Positions 10,747 through 19,183 of a stretch of DNA of 64,000 nt are shown in pieces. The DNA is taken from NCBI GenBank assembly GCA_041671365.1, contig JBAZBP010000004.1, forward strand, positions 5,874-69,873, in the 5' to 3' direction. How positions within the stretch are numbered: the stretch's first letter is position 1; each line of letters starts with the position of its first letter. Source of the stretch: Patescibacteria group bacterium. Lineage in GTDB: Bacteria > Patescibacteriota > Patescibacteriia > Patescibacteriales > UBA12465. A program made the position numbers and the translations under genes. Below the pieces are notes generated by a model. That model was not told the origin of the DNA, did not search any database, and saw only the letters and a program-made list of their open reading frames with translations.

Positions 10747-11880
10747 ATGCTTAATCTAGAGCAACAAATTGTTAACCAATTAGAAAAATCTAAGAATATT
10801 CTCATTGTTTTTCCGATTGACGGAAGTGGTGATGCACTAGCTTCAGCCCTGGCACTTTTTTTATTTTTGAAAAAAACGGGAAAAGAGGTAGAAATAGCGA
10901 AATCCGAAACCATAGAAACACGCCAATCCCTATCTTTTTTACCGGCCTATTCAGAAATTAAAGACGATTTAAGCAATCTTCGGCGCTTTATTGTTTCGGT
11001 AAATATTCATGAATCAAAGATTAACCAAATTAAATACACCATCGATCAAGATCGACTTAACTTTATTATTTCTCCGGCCAGCGGCTGGTTTAAGCCGGAA
11101 GACGTTACAACTCGGGCCGGTGAATTTAAATACGATTTAATCGTCACTCTTGGAACAGCCGATTTAGAGTCTTTAGGCGAACTCTATGATACTAACGTCG
11201 AATTTTTTTATAAAACAACCATCATAAACATCGATCATCAAGCAAGCAACGAAGGATTTGGACAGATTAATTTAATCGATTTGAATGCCGTGGCAAATTC
11301 GGAAATTCTGTTCTATCTTTTAAAAAATCATAAACCGGAACTTATTACCGAGGATATCGCAACCTGCCTCCTAACTGGAATAATTCAACAAACTAAAAAT
11401 TTTAAAACCGCCAACCTAACTCCGCGCACCCTATTAATCACCTCTCAACTTATTACTCTGGGCGCACGACGCGAAGAAATAGTTAACCATCTTTATCGTT
11501 CGCGCGACATCTCCTCTCTTAAGCTCTGGGGAAAGGTATTAAATAATTTAGAAACTACAGAAAATAACGAATTATTATGGTCAAAGCTAAATAATTCTGA
11601 TTTTCAAGAGACCGGTACCAATAACAACGATTTAACGGAGGTGATTGACGAATTAATTGCCAGCGTTCCGAACGCTAAAATTATCGCTATTTTTTGTAAG
11701 GAAGAAACTGACAAAACTAAAATAATTATTTTTACTCTAAAAAACATAAACGCCTTAGAGCTAATGAAAGAATATGCCCCGTCGGGAACAATTCGACTTG
11801 CTCAAGCACTAGTTAATAGAAGTTTAAAAAAAACAATGGAGGAAATAATTCCTAAGCTCCAAAAAAGCTTGATAAATTAG
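10747..11880 (+). CDS. DHH-family phosphoesterase-like protein (NrnA-like architecture, degenerate motifs)
   Basis: 377-aa ORF with DHH/DHHA1-like layout. Motif I reads PIDGSGDALAS and motif III reads IDHQ rather than DHH. Confidence 0.65.
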   Translation: MLNLEQQIVNQLEKSKNILIVFPIDGSGDALASALALFLFLKKTGKEVEIAKSETIETRQSLSFLPAYSEIKDDLSNLRRFIVSVNIHESKINQIKYTIDQDRLNFIISPASGWFKPEDVTTRAGEFKYDLIVTLGTADLESLGELYDTNVEFFYKTTIINIDHQASNEGFGQINLIDLNAVANSEILFYLLKNHKPELITEDIATCLLTGIIQQTKNFKTANLTPRTLLITSQLITLGARREEIVNHLYRSRDISSLKLWGKVLNNLETTENNELLWSKLNNSDFQETGTNNNDLTEVIDELIASVPNAKIIAIFCKEETDKTKIIIFTLKNINALELMKEYAPSGTIRLAQALVNRSLKKTMEEIIPKLQKSLIN

Positions 11881-11959
11881 CCTTATAATGATATAAAATA
11901 ATTAATCCTGAAACAGCAACAAATGATACTTGCAATCTTCCGAGACGATTATTATAATA

Positions 11960-12033
11960 GGGCATATAGCTCAGTTGGTTAGAGCACCGCTCTTATAAAG
12001 CGGGGGTCGATGGTTCAAGTCCATCTATGCCCA
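11960..12033 (+). tRNA. tRNA-Ile, anticodon TAT (UAU)
   Basis: Hand-folded cloverleaf. Acceptor GGGCATA/TATGCCC, D arm GCTC-AGTTGGTTA-GAGC, anticodon stem CCGCT/AGCGG with loop CTTATAA, T arm GATGG-TTCAAGT-CCATC, discriminator A. Confidence 0.85.
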
Positions 12034-12060
12034 CCTAACAATTCAAAGACAATTTAAATC

Positions 12061-12134
12061 GGGCTCGTAGCTCAGTTGGTTAGAGCGTTACGTTGACATC
12101 GTAAAGGTCGCCCGTTCGAATCGGGCCGGGCCCA
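12061..12134 (+). tRNA. tRNA-Val, anticodon GAC
   Basis: Hand-folded cloverleaf. Acceptor GGGCTCG/CGGGCCC (one GU), anticodon stem TTACG/CGTAA with loop TTGACAT, T arm GCCCG-TTCGAAT-CGGGC. Confidence 0.9.
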
Positions 12135-12142
12135 CCGTCCAG

Positions 12143-12170
12143 AAACACATCGAACCATTGATGTGTTTTT
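12143..12170 (+). terminator. Intrinsic terminator after the tRNA-Ile/tRNA-Val pair
   Basis: Hairpin AAACACATC / GATGTGTTT running into a T-run. Confidence 0.7.
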
Positions 12171-12227
12171 GATTGGCGTATTTACTTTTTACTAAATTAT
12201 TGATAAATTATAAATGAAATATAAAAT

Positions 12228-12647
12228 ATGCTTTTCAATAAAAAAAATAAAAAAATTAATTTGCCGGCTAACAACATTTCCAAACCAGAAACCGACTGGT
12301 TTGATTATAAAGAAACAGAGATCGAAGGTCAATTAGCGATTGATGTTTATCAAACTACTAAAAAAATCTTTATAAAATCTACTATCGCCGGGGTTAAGCC
12401 GGAAAACTTAAAAATTGCCCTACAACACGACCTTTTAACGATAAATGGTACTCGCTCGTCCGGAGCCGACCTCAAAGAGGAAAATTATTTATATCGCGAA
12501 TGCTACTGGGGGGCGTTTTCTCGATCTATCATTCTTCCTGCCGAAGTTGACCCCAAACGAGTTGAAGCGGATCTCGAGAATGGTGTTTTAACAATAACTC
12601 TCTATAAAAATAATCCTGGACAAATCGAAGTTAAAGTAAAAGATTAG
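12228..12647 (+). CDS. Hsp20/alpha-crystallin family small heat-shock protein
   Basis: 139-aa ORF with the alpha-crystallin domain ending in the typical AEVDPKRVEADLENGVLTITL segment. Confidence 0.85.
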   Translation: MLFNKKNKKINLPANNISKPETDWFDYKETEIEGQLAIDVYQTTKKIFIKSTIAGVKPENLKIALQHDLLTINGTRSSGADLKEENYLYRECYWGAFSRSIILPAEVDPKRVEADLENGVLTITLYKNNPGQIEVKVKD

Positions 12648-12673
12648 AAAACGTGGCGATAACCGCCGGATGT

Positions 12674-14617
12674 ATGAAAACAAAAAATCGAATAATCATA
12701 ATCATAACCGTATTGGTGTTTTTTTTATTAACAGTTTTTTTTATTTATAATTATTGGAACTGGAAGAATAACTATAGCGACAAAATCTATCCGGGAATAA
12801 AAATAGGGGAACTAGATCTCGGCGGAAAATCGATAATCGAAGCCAAAAATCTGATTGACAATCAAATTAAAAAAATAAGAAATTCCGGATTACAGTTCCG
12901 ATATAACGCCAAAATCATAACTATTCCTATCGAAACAAACTCTTTCGATGCCGACCTGTCTTACTCGTTATTAACTTTCGACCAGCAAAAAACAATCTTG
13001 CTCGCCTACGGAGATGGGCCCAGCCGAACTTTCGGTTATTATTTATTAACTTATTTTAAACTAATTAGCCCGAAAACCATTAACGTTGCTTATCTTTTAG
13101 ACGAAGAAAAAATTAAAACACTCATTAATAATAATTTTCCCGAATTAAACATTGAGCCGGTAAATGCTTATTTTTCGGTGAGTGGCAATAATTCGTTAGA
13201 GTTTAAGCTGCAAAGCAATCGCGAACAACCGGGAAAAGAAATCGACTACCGACTGGTTCTGAGCAATCTTAATAATAATTTAAATAATTTAAAAAACGAC
13301 CAAATTATTATTAAAACAAGCTCGAAATATCCAACCGTCCGGCAGATCGATTTGCTTGGTTTAGATTCAAAAATTAAAGAAATCATTAATCGCGGCGACC
13401 TGACCCTACAACTAAATCCGGCTACGTCAACTATTAAAAATATCGAAGAAACCGCCACTTCAACTCAACTTTGGGAAATAAGCTCTTATAAGATAGCCGC
13501 CTGGATCAGTGCTCAAAACATTAATAATCAGCCAAGCATTTCTTTAGATCAAGATAAAATTAAACAATACTTAAAAACTTACGTCTCTCCGGCCATTGAT
13601 CAGGAGCCGGTCAGATCGCGCTTTAAAATCGTAAACGGCCGAATTTCTAGCTGGCAAAAAGGAAAAGACGGACAACAACTTGATTTAGAAGCGACCGCCG
13701 CCCAAATGACCAAGAATATTCTTAACGGCCAGACCAGCAGCGATTTAATAATTAAAATAATACCGGTCGAAAATCTAATTACCGACGACTATTCAAACAT
13801 TAAGGAGCTTATCGGCACGGGCAAGTCCGTTTTTACCGGCTCCCCGGCCAATCGTATCCATAATATCAATGTCGGGGCGGCCGCTCTGCACGGTTTATTA
13901 ATTAAACCAGGAGAAGAGTTTTCTTTAATTAAGGCTTTAGGTGAAATCGATGCTAAAAGCGGTTATCTACAAGAATTGGTAATCAAGGGCGATAAAACTG
14001 TGCCCGAATATGGCGGGGGTTTGTGCCAAATAGGAACGACAATTTTTCGCACCGCTCTGGCCTCCGGACTACCGATAACCATGCGACAAAACCATTCTTA
14101 TCGTGTTTCTTATTATGAGCCGGCCGGAACTGATGCTACTATTTACGATCCGAAACCGGACCTACGCTTTATTAACGATACGGGTAATTATATTTTAATT
14201 CAGACACGCATCATTAAAAACAATCTTTATTTCGATTTTTGGGGTACAAGCGACGGCCGGACAGTAACCACCACAACCCCAGTAATCTACAATATAGTAA
14301 AACCGGAACCTGCCAAAATAATAGAGACGGACTCCTTAAAGGCCGGCGAAAAAAAATGTACCGAAAGTTCTCATAACGGAGCTGACGCTTATTTCGACTA
14401 TACCGTCGTTTACCCGAAAAATTCAACAACCACTCCAATACAGAAGCGTCGATTTAGTTCACATTATATCCCTTGGCAAGCGGTCTGTTTGGTTGGCAAA
14501 ACTAACGACACGACCGCTACCTCTACCGTTTCTACTGCCAGCTCGACAATAAACGCTACTACCACTAATCAAAAAGCGCTCGAAACTTCGAACGCCTCCA
14601 GCACAACTAATCCTTAG
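12674..14617 (+). CDS. VanW domain-containing protein
   Basis: ORF 12653..14617 (GTG); ATG at 12674 gives MKTKNR + TM anchor. VanW core GGGLCQIGTTIFRTALASGLP and a C-terminal Thr/Ser-rich tail. Start choice is uncertain. Confidence 0.75.
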   Translation: MKTKNRIIIIITVLVFFLLTVFFIYNYWNWKNNYSDKIYPGIKIGELDLGGKSIIEAKNLIDNQIKKIRNSGLQFRYNAKIITIPIETNSFDADLSYSLLTFDQQKTILLAYGDGPSRTFGYYLLTYFKLISPKTINVAYLLDEEKIKTLINNNFPELNIEPVNAYFSVSGNNSLEFKLQSNREQPGKEIDYRLVLSNLNNNLNNLKNDQIIIKTSSKYPTVRQIDLLGLDSKIKEIINRGDLTLQLNPATSTIKNIEETATSTQLWEISSYKIAAWISAQNINNQPSISLDQDKIKQYLKTYVSPAIDQEPVRSRFKIVNGRISSWQKGKDGQQLDLEATAAQMTKNILNGQTSSDLIIKIIPVENLITDDYSNIKELIGTGKSVFTGSPANRIHNINVGAAALHGLLIKPGEEFSLIKALGEIDAKSGYLQELVIKGDKTVPEYGGGLCQIGTTIFRTALASGLPITMRQNHSYRVSYYEPAGTDATIYDPKPDLRFINDTGNYILIQTRIIKNNLYFDFWGTSDGRTVTTTTPVIYNIVKPEPAKIIETDSLKAGEKKCTESSHNGADAYFDYTVVYPKNSTTTPIQKRRFSSHYIPWQAVCLVGKTNDTTATSTVSTASSTINATTTNQKALETSNASSTTNP

Positions 14618-14618
14618 T

Positions 14619-15371
14619 TTATTTAACTATTTCTCCTTCAATCGTTTTGCTGGCATCATTCGTGTCAGTTTTTTTATTGAAAGTAATAAACTGTTGCAGG
14701 GCCGTTAATGTTGTTAGAACAAACCAATATAAGGTTAATCCGCCAGGCAAAGATACGCCGATAAAAATAGTAATCGCTGGCATAAAATACAGCATCTGTT
14801 TATTCATAATTGCCGCCATACTCTCATCTTTTGAGCCCGGCGTATTAACCGCTGGCTTAGTAGTAATCATCATTTTCGCTTGCCAAAATTGAGCCAGTCC
14901 CGCTAAAACCGCCAAAACAATATTTGGTTTTGCTAAATTAAGAAAACCAAAAGAAATTGTATTGATGGTTTCCGGCCGGCTAATGAAAGAATAAACTAAA
15001 TCCAATTTTCCGTTCATTCCGTCATTAAAAACTCGATAAACCGCGAATAAAAAAGGTAATTGAATTAACAAGGGAAGACAAGATGAGAAGGGATTAACAT
15101 GGTTGTTTTTATACAAATCCATAGTGGCCCGACTTAACTCCGCCTTGTTATCGCCATATTTCTTTTTTAACTCTTCCATTTTTGGCTGTAAATCTTGAAG
15201 AGCCTTCTGCGACTTAATCGCTGTCCGTCCGAGCGGCCAAAAAATAAATTTAATAGCTATCGTTAAAAGAATAATAGCCACCCCTAGATCTTTAAAGGAA
15301 ATAGTGTTATACAAAAAAACCAACAAATTCAAAATTGGTTGATAAAATACGACAGTAAACAAATTAGTCAT
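14619..15371 (-). CDS. yidC: Membrane protein insertase YidC (short form)
   Basis: 250-aa ORF with about 5 TM helices and YidC/Oxa1 motifs (KMEELKKKYGDNK, NPFSSCLPLLIQLPF). Sits in the conserved rpmH-rnpA-yidD-yidC order. Confidence 0.9.
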   Translation of the reverse strand: MTNLFTVVFYQPILNLLVFLYNTISFKDLGVAIILLTIAIKFIFWPLGRTAIKSQKALQDLQPKMEELKKKYGDNKAELSRATMDLYKNNHVNPFSSCLPLLIQLPFLFAVYRVFNDGMNGKLDLVYSFISRPETINTISFGFLNLAKPNIVLAVLAGLAQFWQAKMMITTKPAVNTPGSKDESMAAIMNKQMLYFMPAITIFIGVSLPGGLTLYWFVLTTLTALQQFITFNKKTDTNDASKTIEGEIVK

Positions 15372-15402
15372 AACATTAGGGTTTTAAAAATAAAATTACT
15401 TA

Positions 15403-15669
15403 TTATTTTACGGGATCATATCCGCCCTTGCTCCAAGGGTTACAACGCAAAATTCTCCAACTAGTTTTTAATCCTCCTCGAATTATACCATATTTCTCTA
15501 GCGCCTCTACTCCATATTGTGAACACGTAGGAGTAAAACGACAAAAACCGTGGGGATAAAAAATTTTCAATGGTCCGCTATCAAACGATAGGGTTTTTTG
15601 ATATATTTTTATTAAGGCGATAATTATTTTTCTTGGCCAATATTTAAAATAATTATACATAATAACCAA
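15403..15669 (-). CDS. yidD: Membrane protein insertion efficiency factor YidD
   Basis: 88-aa ORF with YidD signature [10 protein letters not shown]...RCNPW. Lies between rnpA and yidC. Confidence 0.85.
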   Translation of the reverse strand: MVIMYNYFKYWPRKIIIALIKIYQKTLSFDSGPLKIFYPHGFCRFTPTCSQYGVEALEKYGIIRGGLKTSWRILRCNPWSKGGYDPVK

Positions 15670-15680
15670 TTATTTTAGAA

Positions 15681-16022
15681 TTATTTATACAGCCTTAGAT
15701 TCTTAAGGCTGTTTTTTAGAAAAAATTTAATTTCCTCAAATTTTTTATTTAATATTTGAGGAAAAACAATAATAACTAGATCTTTGCCGTCTTTTAATAA
15801 CGGCAATTCCGATTGGATTATTTCTCTAATTTGACGTTTAAAATGATTTCTTATTACTGCTTTTTTGCTAACTTTAGTGCTAATTAAAATTCCGAGTCGA
15901 CTCACTTTTAGATCATTATTAACGGCTTTAATCCCTAAAATTTTTCCATAAAAAGATTGACCAATCTTAAAAGCTCGGTCAAACTCCTTATTGCGCCCCA
16001 TTCTGTTAATTTTTTTTAACAT
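15681..16022 (-). CDS. rnpA: Ribonuclease P protein component
   Basis: 113-aa basic ORF immediately downstream of rpmH with an RnpA-like RNR-type segment (KKAVIRNHFKRQIRE). Confidence 0.85.
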   Translation of the reverse strand: MLKKINRMGRNKEFDRAFKIGQSFYGKILGIKAVNNDLKVSRLGILISTKVSKKAVIRNHFKRQIREIIQSELPLLKDGKDLVIIVFPQILNKKFEEIKFFLKNSLKNLRLYK

Positions 16023-16040
16023 GTATAGCCCCCAAAGTGT

Positions 16041-16178
16041 TTATTTTGATAGTTTTTTACGACCCTTCTGTCGTCGTCTCTTTAAAACTTTTCGTCCGTC
16101 TTTTGTTTCCATTCTATTAATAAAACCGTGTTTCTTTTTAGCTCGATGTTTATCCGGCTGATAGGTTCTTTTCGGCAT
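16041..16178 (-). CDS. rpmH: 50S ribosomal protein L34 (below the ORF-track size cutoff)
   Basis: Hand translation of the minus strand gives [45 protein letters not shown]. This is the L34 signature (KRTYQP...HGF..RM) in the expected position upstream of rnpA. Confidence 0.9.
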   Translation of the reverse strand: MPKRTYQPDKHRAKKKHGFINRMETKDGRKVLKRRRQKGRKKLSK

Positions 16179-16393
16179 ATAAGCAAAATTTAATTTATTA
16201 TTATTTTATAACATAACATCTTTATTTACTCGAGTCAATAAATAAAAAAATGCGCCTCCAGAAGTTTTCCCCTAGTTATTAACACATTCTAAACAAGAAG
16301 CAAGCTTGTGATAAACTAATATATTTAATATAATAGAATTATTACAGACAATCAAAAAGGTTAATAAAAATCTAGCCCATCACCTCAACTATT

Positions 16394-17791
16394 ATGACTA
16401 ATGAACAAATTTGGCAGGCCGTCTTAGGAGAAATAGAGGTAAATTTGTCTCGAGCCAATTTTGTTACTTGGTTTAAAGATACTTTTATTTCTTCTTTTGA
16501 AAACGAACGAATTGTTATTTGCGTGCCTAACGCTTTTGTAAAAAAATGGTTAGAAGAAAAATACCATAAAAACATTGTCAGCGCTTTAGAAAATATTAGC
16601 AAACAAAAAATTAAAGAAATTATTTATAAAATTGAAATTCGCCACGGATCAAAAACTATTTTTCAAACAAACAAAATTGAAACAAAAGACGTTATAAGCT
16701 CTTCATCGGAAAAAAGGACGCCAGAAAATATGGTGCACGAAAATAATAGTGGCGGCGTTAATCAATATGGTCTGAATCCGCGTTATGTCTTTGAAAATTT
16801 TGTCGTCGGACGAGGAAATGAATTGGCTCATGCCGCCTGTTTGGCAGTGGTTGATAATTTAGGAAAGTCTTACAATCCTTTATTTATTTATGGTGGCGTT
16901 GGTTTAGGAAAAACCCATCTCCTCCAAGCTATTGGCAACGCCGTCGCTAAAAAAACTAACAAAATATTATATGCGACTAGCGAAAAATTCACTAATAACT
17001 ATATCCAGGCAGTAAAAGGCGGCAAAGGAAAAGAGTTTAAAAACTTATACCGTAATGTTGATCTCCTCTTAGTTGATGATGTCCAATTTATGGGAGGAAA
17101 GGATGGAACACAAGAAGAGTTTTTTCATACTTTCAATGAATTGCAGCAAAACGACAAACAAATTGTTTTAACCTCTGATCGTCCACCAAAATCGATCCCA
17201 GCCATTGAAAATCGATTAATTTCCAGATTCGAATCCGGAATGGTGGCTGATGTCGGTAAGCCGGACATTGAAACTAAAATAGCTATTTTAGAAAAAAAAT
17301 CTATTGAACGTGGGTATCCTTTAAACAAAGAAATTTTAACCTATATAGCCGACCGAGTTCAAAACAACATAAGAGAATTAGAGGGCGCGCTTATTAAGGT
17401 AATTGCCTCTCATCAATTTAAAGGAATTACGCCTGACATCAAAAGCGTCAAAGAAATTCTTAACGATTACGTTTCGAATATTAAAATAAAATCTCTGACA
17501 CCAAAAGAGATTATCGAGGCCACCGCCAGATTCTATAACGTTACCTACAAGGATTTAACCGGCCAGGGTCGAAAAAAAGAATTAGTCTGGCCCAGACAGG
17601 TAGCCGTTTTTTTAATCCGTGAAGACATTGGAACTTCCTATCCGTCAATTGGAGTAGAACTGGGCGGACGCGACCACACGACTGCCATGCATTCATATAA
17701 TAAGATAAATCAAGAAGTAAAGGAATTTAATAATGAAAAGGTGAAACAGGAAATTGCTTCAATTCGACAAACCCTTACTAGCGTCTACTAA
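16394..17791 (+). CDS. dnaA: Chromosomal replication initiator protein DnaA
   Basis: 465-aa ORF with AAA+ Walker A GGVGLGKTHLL, Walker B LLLVDDVQF and a C-terminal DnaA-box-binding domain (GGRDHTTAMHS). Confidence 0.95.
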   Translation: MTNEQIWQAVLGEIEVNLSRANFVTWFKDTFISSFENERIVICVPNAFVKKWLEEKYHKNIVSALENISKQKIKEIIYKIEIRHGSKTIFQTNKIETKDVISSSSEKRTPENMVHENNSGGVNQYGLNPRYVFENFVVGRGNELAHAACLAVVDNLGKSYNPLFIYGGVGLGKTHLLQAIGNAVAKKTNKILYATSEKFTNNYIQAVKGGKGKEFKNLYRNVDLLLVDDVQFMGGKDGTQEEFFHTFNELQQNDKQIVLTSDRPPKSIPAIENRLISRFESGMVADVGKPDIETKIAILEKKSIERGYPLNKEILTYIADRVQNNIRELEGALIKVIASHQFKGITPDIKSVKEILNDYVSNIKIKSLTPKEIIEATARFYNVTYKDLTGQGRKKELVWPRQVAVFLIREDIGTSYPSIGVELGGRDHTTAMHSYNKINQEVKEFNNEKVKQEIASIRQTLTSVY

Positions 17792-18055
17792 ATTCTCTGT
17801 GGTTTTTTTGTGGATAAGCTGGTTACTACTTGGTGAAAAAATTGTATAACCTGTTAATAATTGTAGACATTATAAATTTATCAACAAAACAAAAAAAATA
17901 ATTAACAAAATGATCAACCAAATATTAACAGAAAAAACAGCAAATAATTCCTTTAAATAAAAGAGTAAACATAAAAAAACAAAAGTTATCCTCGCCCTTA
18001 TTACTATTATTAATTTAATATATTAATTAATAATATAATAATACAACCCAACTAT
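17792..18055. promoter_or_regulatory. Candidate oriC (DnaA boxes plus AT-rich unwinding region)
   Basis: Perfect DnaA box TGTGGATAA at 17809-17817. TTATCAACA at 17878-17886 has 1 mismatch to TTATCCACA. TTATCCTCG at 17986-17994 has 2 mismatches. A nearly pure A/T stretch follows at 18001-18050. Confidence 0.6.
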
Positions 18056-19180
18056 ATGCACTTCATTAGTCTACAAGAAAACTTAAAAAAAGGATTAAAC
18101 ATCGTTGGACGTGTAACCGCTAAGAATGTCAACTTACCAATCCTTAATAATATCTTAATAAAAACGGATAGTGGCAACATTGAGCTGGTAAGCACAAATT
18201 TAGAGATAGGCATGGTTTACAAGCTTCGAGGTAAAATTGAAAATGACGGTCAGTTTACGGTCGATTCTAAATTAATAACGGAGTATGTTAATCTGCTCGG
18301 AGGAGGGGAAAAGGTAGAACTGGTTGAAAAAAACGGTGAACTTTTAGTTGAGAGCGGAAATTATAAAACAAAAATTAAGGGAGAATCCGCCAAGGAGTTT
18401 CCTTTAATTCCGGTAATTTCTAAAAATAGTTATTATAGCTGTAGTCCGGAAGAGTTAAGAAAATCTTTAAATAGTGTAGTTTTCTCGGTTTCAACCAGTG
18501 AAAACCGTGTCGAACTTACCGGGGTTCTTTTTTCTTTTAATAAGAATAAGCTAAGCCTGGCGGCCACCGATAGTTATCGCTTGGCCGAAAAAGAACTTCA
18601 GGTTAATTGCTTTGAAATAACCGAGGATCGAACGGCTATTGTTCCCGCTAAAACAGCCCAAGAACTTCTAAGGGTTTTAAATAGTTTTGACGAATCAGCT
18701 ATAGATGGTGATTTAGATATTAAAATCTATCTTACAGAAAATCAAATACTGTTTACGGTTGATTCTGTTAGTCTGATTTCTCGTTTAATAAATGGCCATT
18801 ATCCGGATTATAAACAAATTATACCAAGTAAGAATCAAACCGAGGTTCTGGTAGAGCGATCAGAGCTGATTAGAGCTGTTAAAGCGGCTGCGCTTTTTTC
18901 TAAAACAGGGATTAATGATGTTTCTTTGCAGTTTATAAAGAATAAGATTATTGTTTCCGCGTTTTCTGGGGCAAGCGGGGAGAGCCAGATAGAAGTTGAG
19001 GCTGAGATTAGTGGTGGAGATAATGAGATTACTATTAACTATCGATATTTGATTGATGGATTAAATAATATAGAGGGACAACTGGTTAGGCTTGGTGTTT
19101 TAAATAACAACACCCCATGCTTACTAAAGCCGGAAAAAGATGGTAGTTATTTGTATATTGTTATGCCGATCAGACAGTAA
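18056..19180 (+). CDS. dnaN: DNA polymerase III beta subunit (sliding clamp)
   Basis: 374-aa ORF directly after dnaA, with three-domain clamp length and motifs (LAATDSYRLA, INGHYPDY, MPIRQ C-terminus). Confidence 0.93.
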   Translation: MHFISLQENLKKGLNIVGRVTAKNVNLPILNNILIKTDSGNIELVSTNLEIGMVYKLRGKIENDGQFTVDSKLITEYVNLLGGGEKVELVEKNGELLVESGNYKTKIKGESAKEFPLIPVISKNSYYSCSPEELRKSLNSVVFSVSTSENRVELTGVLFSFNKNKLSLAATDSYRLAEKELQVNCFEITEDRTAIVPAKTAQELLRVLNSFDESAIDGDLDIKIYLTENQILFTVDSVSLISRLINGHYPDYKQIIPSKNQTEVLVERSELIRAVKAAALFSKTGINDVSLQFIKNKIIVSAFSGASGESQIEVEAEISGGDNEITINYRYLIDGLNNIEGQLVRLGVLNNNTPCLLKPEKDGSYLYIVMPIRQ

Positions 19181-19183
19181 AGG

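Noticed and set aside
11930-11958. A TTGCAA-17-TATAAT promoter match ends only 2 nt before tRNA-Ile position 1. I considered a leaderless tRNA that would need no RNase P.
   Set aside because: A start ~7 nt after the -10 box would fall inside the tRNA, and rnpA is present in this very window. The match is probably fortuitous in AT-rich DNA, or the real -10 lies a few nt upstream. The idea is not supportable without 5' end mapping.
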